Below, one piece after another: positions 55,858 through 64,000 of a DNA stretch of 64,000 bases (position 1 is the stretch's first letter; the number at the start of each line of letters is the position of its first letter). A model generated the notes under the pieces. The model was given only the letters and a program-made list of their open reading frames with translations, had not been told where the DNA came from and searched no databases. Origin of the DNA: Pseudoalteromonas sp. (GTDB taxonomy: Bacteria; Pseudomonadota; Gammaproteobacteria; Enterobacterales; Alteromonadaceae); assembly GCF_041629635.1 (NCBI RefSeq), contig NZ_JBFKMX010000001.1, positions 7,863 through 71,862 on the forward strand, written 5' to 3'. Position numbers and translations under genes: made by a program.

Positions 55858-58368
55858 GTGAATAAACAATCAAACCTAGCGAAAAAGAAAACGGCCTTGT
55901 CACCTAGCATGATTGAAAAATCCGATTTAAGTGAAGATTTATATCGCCATTTTTATTACACCTTAGGACGCGATCAGGTTAATAAGTCGCAGCGTTACTT
56001 GTATCAGGCGCTGGCGCTAACCATTCGAGACAGATTGGTGGCAAAATGTCGTCACACAAATCAACAGCGCGACAGCGCACCACACAAACAAGTTGCTTAT
56101 TTATCGCTAGAGTTTTTAATGGGGCGTGCACTTAACAATGCCATTTTAAATTTAGATTTAGCACCTGAAGTAACCGAAGCGCTTACCCAATATGGCAGTG
56201 AACTTGAGCAAGTTGCAGCGGCAGAGCATGATGCAGGCCTTGGTAACGGTGGTTTAGGGCGATTAGCAGCGTGTTTTTTAGATAGCTGTGCCACGTTAAA
56301 ACTGCCTGTGGTTGGCTACGGCTTACGTTATGAATATGGCATGTTTAATCAATCGCTTGAGCAAGGACGTCAAATTGAACAGCCAGATCACTGGTTACAT
56401 GAAGGCCACCCGTGGGAGATTGCAGCACCAGAGCAAAGCCAGCGAGTAAAATTTTTTGGTCATGTGGAAGTCTATAAAGACAAATATGGCCGTGAGCATC
56501 GCCACTGGGTGAATACCCAAGATGTATTAGCTGTGCCATTTGATGTGCCTATTCCGGGATACCGCAATGACGTGGTTAATCGTCTACGCCTTTGGAAAAG
56601 TGAAGCAACAGAAGAGTTTGACTTAAGAGAGTTTAATGCGGGTAGTTACCCAGAAGCGGTAGCCAAAAAAAACCAAGCTGAACAAATCACCATGGTGCTT
56701 TACCCGAACGATGCTAGCGAAAACGGTAAAGAATTGCGTTTACGTCAGCAATACTTTTTATCAAGCGCAACACTGCAAGACATTATTGCAAAATGGGTTA
56801 AACAATACGGTGAAGATTTTCATAACTTCCCAAAATACCATGTTTTCCAATTAAACGATACTCACCCAAGCATTGCAGTGGCAGAGCTGATGCGTATTTT
56901 ACTTGATGATCATCAGCTTGATTGGGATAAAGCATGGCAAATTACGTCAAGTACCATGGCATACACCAATCACACCTTGTTGCCGGAAGCATTAGAAAAA
57001 TGGCCTGTTAGGCTATTTGAGCGTCTACTGCCGCGTTTACTTGAAATTATTTACGAAATTAATGCGCGTTTTTTACAGCAAGTAGCCACATGCTGGCCGG
57101 GGGATGCGCAAAAGCAGCGCGATATGTCGCTAATTGAAGAAGGACCAGAGCCCAAAGTACGTATGGCATATTTAGCCATTGTTGGTTCGTTTTCGGTAAA
57201 TGGTGTGGCTGCGCTTCATACCGAGCTACTCACTAGCGGCTTATTTAGCGATTTTTATGCGCTGTGGCCAGAACGCTTTAATAACAAAACTAATGGCGTA
57301 ACACCACGACGTTGGCTGTCGCATTGTAACCCTAAATTAGCGCATCTAATTAACCAACAAATTGGCGACGAATGGGTCAGCGATTTTTGTAAAATTAATG
57401 CGTTACGTGCGAAATTTGATAACAAAGCGCTGCATAAAAAATGGCAACAAGTAAAGTTTGAAAACAAGCAAGCGCTGGTGGATTTAGTAAAACGTGAAAC
57501 TGGCGTCGAGTTTGATGCCAATATGCTATTTGATGTGCAAGTAAAGCGTATTCATGAATACAAGCGCCAGTTACTCAATATTTTGCATGTTATTCACCTT
57601 TATGAACGTATTCGCGAAGGGGAACTTGAAGGGTTTACACCTCGCTGCGTGTTGTTTGGTGGTAAAGCTGCGCCCGGTTATTTTATGGCGAAACTGATTA
57701 TTCGTTTAATTAATCATGTGGCGGATGCCATTAACAATGACCCGGCTGCTAAGCCTTATTTGCGCGTCGCATTCTTACCTAATTATAACGTTACGGCAAT
57801 GGAAACCATCTGCCCAGCAACTGACCTCTCAGAGCAAATCTCGACGACAGGCAAAGAAGCGTCTGGCACTGGGAATATGAAGTTTATGATGAATGGGGCA
57901 CTGACCATTGGCACATTAGATGGCGCAAACATTGAGATTTCAGAGGCTGTGGGCCTTGATAATTTCTTCTTATTTGGTGCCCAAGCTGAGCAATTAGCGA
58001 AAATTCGAGAACACTATAACCCCAACGAACTTATTGCAAATTCGCCTAATTTATCCCGCGTAATGACGCTATTGGAAAGTGGTCATTTTAATTTATTTGA
58101 CCCAGACTTATTCCAGCCTTTAATTAATTCAATTCGTGATAACCATGACCAATGGCTAACAGCTTACGATTTTGATAGTTACGTGAAAGCACAAGAGGCA
58201 GCAGCTGCGCTTTACCAAGAGCAAAGTGCTTGGACCCAGAAGAGTATTTTAAATACGGCCGCATCAGCTATGTTTTCGAGCGACCGCACAATTAGCCAAT
58301 ACAACAGTGATATTTGGCAAGCAAAGGTAATCGAATTCAACAAGGCACAAGGAGACCGCAATGCCTAA
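55858..58368 (+). CDS. glgP: Glycogen/maltodextrin phosphorylase
   Basis: [53 protein letters not shown]. Confidence 0.96.
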   Translation: MNKQSNLAKKKTALSPSMIEKSDLSEDLYRHFYYTLGRDQVNKSQRYLYQALALTIRDRLVAKCRHTNQQRDSAPHKQVAYLSLEFLMGRALNNAILNLDLAPEVTEALTQYGSELEQVAAAEHDAGLGNGGLGRLAACFLDSCATLKLPVVGYGLRYEYGMFNQSLEQGRQIEQPDHWLHEGHPWEIAAPEQSQRVKFFGHVEVYKDKYGREHRHWVNTQDVLAVPFDVPIPGYRNDVVNRLRLWKSEATEEFDLREFNAGSYPEAVAKKNQAEQITMVLYPNDASENGKELRLRQQYFLSSATLQDIIAKWVKQYGEDFHNFPKYHVFQLNDTHPSIAVAELMRILLDDHQLDWDKAWQITSSTMAYTNHTLLPEALEKWPVRLFERLLPRLLEIIYEINARFLQQVATCWPGDAQKQRDMSLIEEGPEPKVRMAYLAIVGSFSVNGVAALHTELLTSGLFSDFYALWPERFNNKTNGVTPRRWLSHCNPKLAHLINQQIGDEWVSDFCKINALRAKFDNKALHKKWQQVKFENKQALVDLVKRETGVEFDANMLFDVQVKRIHEYKRQLLNILHVIHLYERIREGELEGFTPRCVLFGGKAAPGYFMAKLIIRLINHVADAINNDPAAKPYLRVAFLPNYNVTAMETICPATDLSEQISTTGKEASGTGNMKFMMNGALTIGTLDGANIEISEAVGLDNFFLFGAQAEQLAKIREHYNPNELIANSPNLSRVMTLLESGHFNLFDPDLFQPLINSIRDNHDQWLTAYDFDSYVKAQEAAAALYQEQSAWTQKSILNTAASAMFSSDRTISQYNSDIWQAKVIEFNKAQGDRNA

Positions 58369-59680
58369 TTCTGCAAATCGTTATATTAGTAACCTTACCC
58401 GTGATACGTATGCACTTATTTTGGCAGGTGGCCGAGGCTCACGCCTCAAAGAATTAACTGATTGGCGTGCTAAACCCGCAGTGTATTTTGGTGGTAAGTT
58501 TCGCATTATTGATTTTCCGCTATCAAACTGCATTAATTCAGGCGTGCGCAAAGTAGGCATAGCAACGCAGTATAAATCGCACAGTTTAATTCGCCATGTT
58601 AATCGCGCGTGGGGTCATTTTAAAAAGGAATTAGGTGATTCAGTTGAAATTTTACCAGCGTCACAACGTTACAGTGATGACTGGTACTGTGGCACTGCTG
58701 ATGCAGTGTATCAAAATATGGATATTATTCGTCACGATTTACCAAAATACGTAATGATCTTATCGGGCGACCATGTTTACCGTATGGACTATGGTGAGTT
58801 GATTGCAAAGCACGTAGAAACGGGCGCGGACATGACAGTTTGTTGTTTGGAAGTGCCAGTGGAAGAAGCCGCGGGTGCTTTTGGTGTGATGGCGGTTAAT
58901 AACGAAAAACGCGTACAGCGCTTTGAAGAAAAACCAGCGAATCCTGCGCCATTACCGAACGACCCAACTAAGTGTTTAGCATCCATGGGTAACTATGTGT
59001 TTAATACTGAATTTTTGTTTGAGCAATTGAAAAAAGACGCACAAAATAGCTGCTCTGACCGCGATTTTGGCCACGATATAATTCCATCAATAATTGAAGA
59101 GCATAATGTGTACGCGTATCCATTTAGAGATGCACGCCAAGGGGGCACCCCTTATTGGCGCGATGTAGGTACGCTAGATTCGTTCTGGGAAGCGAATATG
59201 GAATTAGTATCGCCAACGCCATCACTTGATTTATATGATAGAAATTGGCCAATTTGGACTTATCAAGAGCAACTACCACCGGCAAAATTTATTTTTGATG
59301 ATGAAACTCGCCGTGGCATGGCGGTGGATTCAACAGTTTCGGGTGGTTGTATTATTTCTGGCTCAACCATTCGCAAGTCACTGCTCTTCTCAAACGTGCA
59401 TGTCCATTCATATTGCACTGTGGAAGAAGCGGTTATTTTGCCGGGTGTAGTGATTAACCGTAATTGTGTAATCAAAAAAGCGATAATTGATCGAAGCTGT
59501 GTGATCCCTGAAGGCTTAAGCATAGGTGTCGATCATAAACAAGATGAAGCCAATGGCTTTAGAATTTCAAGTGGTGGTGTGGTGCTTGTTACACGTGACA
59601 TGATAGCAGCTCTTATAAAAAAGGAACAAGATGTCGCTAAAATAAACACCAAACCTTTAAGCCAAGCGGCGATGGTATAA
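58361..59680 (+). CDS. glgC: Glucose-1-phosphate adenylyltransferase
   Basis: [48 protein letters not shown]. Confidence 0.97.
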   Translation: MPNSANRYISNLTRDTYALILAGGRGSRLKELTDWRAKPAVYFGGKFRIIDFPLSNCINSGVRKVGIATQYKSHSLIRHVNRAWGHFKKELGDSVEILPASQRYSDDWYCGTADAVYQNMDIIRHDLPKYVMILSGDHVYRMDYGELIAKHVETGADMTVCCLEVPVEEAAGAFGVMAVNNEKRVQRFEEKPANPAPLPNDPTKCLASMGNYVFNTEFLFEQLKKDAQNSCSDRDFGHDIIPSIIEEHNVYAYPFRDARQGGTPYWRDVGTLDSFWEANMELVSPTPSLDLYDRNWPIWTYQEQLPPAKFIFDDETRRGMAVDSTVSGGCIISGSTIRKSLLFSNVHVHSYCTVEEAVILPGVVINRNCVIKKAIIDRSCVIPEGLSIGVDHKQDEANGFRISSGGVVLVTRDMIAALIKKEQDVAKINTKPLSQAAMV

Positions 59681-59689
59681 GAGGATACT

Positions 59690-61240
59690 ATGCGAGTTTT
59701 GATGTTAGCGGCTGAAAATGATTGTATTTTGGGCGCGAAAGTGGGCGGTGTTGCAGATGTAATTCGTGATGTTCCAAAAGCGCTTGCTGAGCATGATGTG
59801 GATGTTGATGTAGTGATCCCGGATTATGGTTATTATCACAGCCACTATCATGGTGAGTGTGTCGCAGAAGTGAGCTTTTCATTCGCTCACCAACAGCAAA
59901 CTGCTTACCTTTATAAACTGCACGCAATTTCAAGCGACAAAGTGACGCAGTATGTGGTGGTACATCCATTATTTCAACAAGCTGGGGAAAGCCGGGTTTA
60001 TTGTCATGATGAAGATAATCGCCCATTTGCCAAAGATGCCACTAAGTTTGCGCTTTTTTGTAATGTTATTGCCGAGTGTATTTTGCAAGGACATTTATCG
60101 GCAGATATATATCATTTGCATGATTGGCATGCGGCAACCTTTGCTGTGCTACTGAAGTTTGATGCACGTTATCGCGATTTTGCCAACACTAAGCTGGTTT
60201 ACACAGTTCATAACCTGGCGCTACAAGGTACGCGACCATTTAACGGCGATGATTCGAGCTTAGAGGCGTGGTTTCCAAGTTTAAGCTACGATGGACAACA
60301 ATTATGCGACCCGCGTTACCCGTTTTGTTATAACCCGATGCGCGCAGCAATCAGTTTGGTTGATAAAGTACATTTTGTATCAGACAGTTATGCTGAAGAG
60401 GTGCTCTGTGCCAGCGACCATCAAAATGGTATATACGGCGGTGAAGGACTGGAGCATATTCTTGCTGACAATAGTAACAAACTCGTTGGCATTTTAAACG
60501 GGTGTGAATACAGCAATGAACCAGAACCTAAAGTCACATTAGATTGCTTTCTGCGCAGCAGTAAATCTTGTCTTCGAAACTGGATGAGTCGCTTTGAGCA
60601 ACTAAAAACCGTGCATTATCTTGCCAATGAGCAAATATCGCTTTGGCAAGATAGTCCTCAGTTTAAAGGCCCCGTTGTGTCGAGCATTGGTAGGTTAACC
60701 GAACAAAAAGTGCGTTTGTTAGTTGAACGCATTGATGGCGAATTAGTGCTAAGTAAGTTGCTGTTCGATTTAGAACAAAAAAGCGGGCGTTTTATTATGC
60801 TTGGTAGTGGTGATAGCCACTATGAATTTATATTAATGCAGTTGATGGCAAAGCACAGTAACTTTTTGTTTTTAAATGGCTATGGGCAAAGCTTATCGGA
60901 TGATTTATATGTGCTTGGTGATATTTTTTTAATGCCAAGTTCGTTTGAACCATGTGGCATCAGCCAGATGCTTGCGTTAAAAGCAGGGCAACCTTGCATT
61001 GTGCATGGGGTAGGTGGTTTAAAAGACACAATCAAACACCACGAAAACGGCTTTGTATTTGAAGGAAATACCATTAGTGAGCAAGTAACCTCATTGCAAA
61101 ATGTGTTTAATGATGCGCTTAATCGTTATATGAACGACGGTACGCATTGGCAAACTATGGTGCAAACTGCCAAATCTAGCCGCTTTAGTTGGCAAAGCAG
61201 TATTGAACAGTATTTAACAAAACTATATAAAAACGAATAG
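59690..61240 (+). CDS. glgA: Glycogen synthase (GT5)
   Basis: KVGGVADV (KxGG), HLHDWH, TVHNLALQG, MPSSFEPCGISQM. Confidence 0.92.
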   Translation: MRVLMLAAENDCILGAKVGGVADVIRDVPKALAEHDVDVDVVIPDYGYYHSHYHGECVAEVSFSFAHQQQTAYLYKLHAISSDKVTQYVVVHPLFQQAGESRVYCHDEDNRPFAKDATKFALFCNVIAECILQGHLSADIYHLHDWHAATFAVLLKFDARYRDFANTKLVYTVHNLALQGTRPFNGDDSSLEAWFPSLSYDGQQLCDPRYPFCYNPMRAAISLVDKVHFVSDSYAEEVLCASDHQNGIYGGEGLEHILADNSNKLVGILNGCEYSNEPEPKVTLDCFLRSSKSCLRNWMSRFEQLKTVHYLANEQISLWQDSPQFKGPVVSSIGRLTEQKVRLLVERIDGELVLSKLLFDLEQKSGRFIMLGSGDSHYEFILMQLMAKHSNFLFLNGYGQSLSDDLYVLGDIFLMPSSFEPCGISQMLALKAGQPCIVHGVGGLKDTIKHHENGFVFEGNTISEQVTSLQNVFNDALNRYMNDGTHWQTMVQTAKSSRFSWQSSIEQYLTKLYKNE

Positions 61241-61570
61241 TCAAATGTGGGCTTTCAGCTTTTAATTTAATGCGGATGGCTTGTAGTAATAGGTCATCCA
61301 TCGACCTGAATTTTATATGCTTAGGATGAATGACATATTACTAAGTAACAATCTTAACCTACGTCGAAATAGCTAATCAAAATACACTAGGTATTAAAAG
61401 TGTATACCTAGGTAATTTTGAAAATGATAAAGGGGAGTAGTTAAAACAATCTAAAACCTAGTTTGGCAAATTGTTGCTTTTCGCTGGGAGCTTATTTGTA
61501 AAGAAAAATTATTATTTCACTCAGATAAGATCTTTTTGCTATACCTTAATGATAGAGTATTGAATGATGG

Positions 61571-62404
61571 ATGGTGTTTATGTCAATTTCACTAACTACA
61601 GATGAGAAAGCTATTTTAAGCTCGGTTTCTATTCCTCCCCGACCCGAAGTGCTTCTTAAATTTTCAGAAGAAGCCAAAAAAGCTGAACCCAATATTTCTG
61701 TCATTTCAAACATATTACAGTCTGATGTTGCAATATCGGCGGCTATCTTACAAGTCGTGAATTCTGCTGCGTTCAGAAGATGTAAAGAAATTGAATCAAT
61801 TGACCAAGCGATTATGACGCTTGGTTTAAAAAGACTGGTACCGCTTGTTCGTGCAGTCGCATTACAATCGACCATTGGTGATGATCCTAAGTTATCAAAT
61901 TTCTGGGATAGCCAAACTGAGATAGCTCAATTTTCAGCAAGTATCGCATCTAAACTAAACAAGACAACCTTATCAAATCATGCATACATGCTAGGTTTGT
62001 TTCATTTTGTTGGTGTTCCTATTCTGAATCAACACTTTGCAGAATACTCGTCTATTATTGAGCTGGCGAATCAAGCTGGTTGGGACCATGCTGCTGATGA
62101 AGAAGTTGCACTTTTTAAAACGTCGCATACAACAATAGGTGCATTGTTAGCTCAACAATGGGGATTACCTAAGGCCATGATCTATGTTATTTACTATTTG
62201 CATGATACAGAAGGAATTTTCACATCAGGAGAACTTGACCAAAGCGGATTAGATTTAATGTCTATCCTTAAACTAGCAAGACATCTTCAGTTTATTAAAT
62301 CGAACCCTGAAAATACTGATAACGAGTGGGCAAATATTGTGGATGATGTGGTAGATCATTTAGGCTGTGATGAGGAGGAGTTAACAGAGTTAATTGCTGA
62401 ATGA
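61571..62404 (+). CDS. HDOD-domain protein
   Basis: PPRPEVL, QSDVAISAAILQVVNS, SIDQAIMTLG, YMLGLFHFVG. Confidence 0.88.
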   Translation: MVFMSISLTTDEKAILSSVSIPPRPEVLLKFSEEAKKAEPNISVISNILQSDVAISAAILQVVNSAAFRRCKEIESIDQAIMTLGLKRLVPLVRAVALQSTIGDDPKLSNFWDSQTEIAQFSASIASKLNKTTLSNHAYMLGLFHFVGVPILNQHFAEYSSIIELANQAGWDHAADEEVALFKTSHTTIGALLAQQWGLPKAMIYVIYYLHDTEGIFTSGELDQSGLDLMSILKLARHLQFIKSNPENTDNEWANIVDDVVDHLGCDEEELTELIAE

Positions 62405-62916
62405 TTGGGGGTTAGATGTCAGGCGTCAAATCCATTAAAAAGTCACACCATTGTGCTATGTTCAGTTAGGATCTGGCGCTTAGATCATTTAAATGTTACA
62501 AATTTAAAGAGACACGGATAATTTAACTAGCATCGAAAAGCACATTAAAAAGACAATATAACGCAACTAGTCCATAGAAGTTTTATATAGGCAATGAGAG
62601 CCCAAGCAGGCTTCTTTCAGCCCCCTTAAAACATGCATATTCCTATTAAGCAAATATTTTCCCTAAAAATAATACGATGAAAGAAGCGCAGTTGGTTTTA
62701 AAACTAGGTGTTTTAGCTGATGAAGCAGCCTCGAGACAGATTTGTGCACGTACCGCTGCTTTTTATCGTTACTAAAGTGAACATTTAAAAGCGCCGATGG
62801 TTTAACGCGTCGAATATGTGATAAGTCCTAGGTATATTGTTATGTTTGATAAGCGAAAATTGTAAGTTACCATCGATTGGCGCATAAAACATATCCAGTT
62901 TGTTGCCACTTGTGGC

Positions 62917-64000
62917 TTATTCCAGATTATCGGGGGGATTACACGTAAGTGTAAATTTACTTCCCATACCTGCTTTACTTGTTAACGATATTTCGCCATT
63001 TAATTTTTCTTCAACTAATTTCTTGACAATATATAATCCCAAACCACTACCACCTTCACCTAATCGTGTGGTGTAGTATTTATCGAAGATATGCTCAGCA
63101 ATTTCCGACGATATTCCTTTACCGTTATCAATAATATTAATAATGAGGCGCTTATTATCTAATCTAACATCTATTACAATTTCACCATTTTGCTCCTTAT
63201 CGAAAGCGTGGATTAAGGCGTTATTGATTAAATTTAGTAATACCTGTGACAATGCGCCGATCTGTCCACGGAAGAGGATTGTATTTTCACATTCTACGAT
63301 GAGTTTATGAGGTGAGTTTTTCAGTCTTGGGCTTAAGAGAGTGTTTATTTCTGCCAGATATTGGCTCATATTCACTTCTGTAAGTGCATCGTTAAATTCT
63401 CCAATAACAATGCTTTTAAAGCTCTGGACTAACAGGTTAGCATGCTGAATATTAGCATCCATGATAGTAAGCGCTTCCTTACTGTAATCCATGCACGCCA
63501 GAAGGTCTGGCTTAGAAAGAGATTGATCGTGTAATTTAGTTTCGGTAATCTGAAACTTCTCCTGAATGCCACTTAAAGCTGTCCGAGTAACCCCAAGCGG
63601 TGTAGCTAATTCGTGTCCTAATTCTCCGACTAACTCTCCTAAGTGATTGAGTTTCTCGGACTCAGCTAATTGTTCTTCTTTTTCTTTAGCATACGCTTCT
63701 AATGTTATATTTTGTTCTCTTAGTTGCACGATAAGTTGATCGCGAAGTAACAGTAGCTTTCGCAGTTTTAAATGTGTTTCGACACGAGCGAGTAATTCGG
63801 CTTCACGGATAGGTTTTGTGACATAATCAAGTGCCCCACAAGAAAATGCTTTTACGAGTTCATTAACATGTGTGCAGGCCGTCACAAAAATAACGGGAAT
63901 ATCTTTTAGCTCAGTCAACGACTTGAGTCTTCGACATGTTTCAAAGCCATCAATACCTGGCATCATAACATCTAACAAGATTAATTCGGGTAAAAAGAGC
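62917..64000 (-). CDS. Receiver-histidine kinase hybrid, 5' truncated by window edge
   Basis: Frame open past 64000 (PELILLDVMMPGIDGF receiver); GHELATP H-box, NALIH, YYTTRLGEGGSGLGL. Confidence 0.9.
   Translation of the reverse strand, partial: LFLPELILLDVMMPGIDGFETCRRLKSLTELKDIPVIFVTACTHVNELVKAFSCGALDYVTKPIREAELLARVETHLKLRKLLLLRDQLIVQLREQNITLEAYAKEKEEQLAESEKLNHLGELVGELGHELATPLGVTRTALSGIQEKFQITETKLHDQSLSKPDLLACMDYSKEALTIMDANIQHANLLVQSFKSIVIGEFNDALTEVNMSQYLAEINTLLSPRLKNSPHKLIVECENTILFRGQIGALSQVLLNLINNALIHAFDKEQNGEIVIDVRLDNKRLIINIIDNGKGISSEIAEHIFDKYYTTRLGEGGSGLGLYIVKKLVEEKLNGEISLTSKAGMGSKFTLTCNPPDNLE

Noticed and set aside
61274-61307. Two alternative hairpins after glgA
   Set aside because: Short stems with wobble pairs and no U-tract; insufficient to call a terminator or switch.
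1297-61875. Many 60-160 aa ORF-track entries nested in or antisense to long genes
   Set aside because: Shadow frames of well-supported genes with no RBS or motifs.
62677-62775. 32-aa ORF MKEAQLVLKLGVLADEAASRQICARTAAFYRY
   Set aside because: No RBS, promoter or recognisable motif.
1-64000. rRNA, tRNA, CRISPR array, prophage or defence system
   Set aside because: No cloverleaf, rRNA signature, regularly spaced repeats or such genes were recognised by eye; the 22-bp repeat has only two copies 5 bp apart.

Overview
AT-rich (roughly 40% GC by eye) gammaproteobacterial chromosome segment; gene content suggests an Alteromonadales organism such as Pseudoalteromonas (inference, not verified). 1-20.5 kb is a permuted Vibrio-type syp exopolysaccharide locus: flippase, polymerase/ligase, acetyltransferase, glycosyltransferases, chain-length regulator, a GT2-priming transferase fusion, then STAS, OmpA lipoprotein, SLBB exporter, BY-kinase-like protein and a SypE-like kinase/REC/phosphatase. 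Its activator is not SypF/SypG-like but a LuxO-like sigma54 activator with a stand-alone LuxU-like Hpt, yvcK and a soluble hybrid kinase. LuxO-type TTGCA-W3-TGCAA boxes and sigma54 -24/-12 elements sit at several promoters, including that of an unannotated 57-aa ORF. Next come a frameshifted IS481-family element, an H-NOX/kinase/degenerate HD-GYP module, an RND pair and an AEC transporter. These are followed by an AblB-like acetyltransferase plus a GlnD paralogue with a broken HD motif, facing a CosR-like MarR regulator, and an ETR1-like (ethylene-binding-domain) kinase-RR-diguanylate cyclase operon. The rest holds maoP/hdfR, a rimK cluster, a GGDEF protein, a full malQ-glgBXPCA glycogen operon, an HDOD protein and a truncated REC-kinase. 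No rRNA, tRNA or CRISPR array was recognised. All homology calls are by-eye motif recognition; no database search was run.
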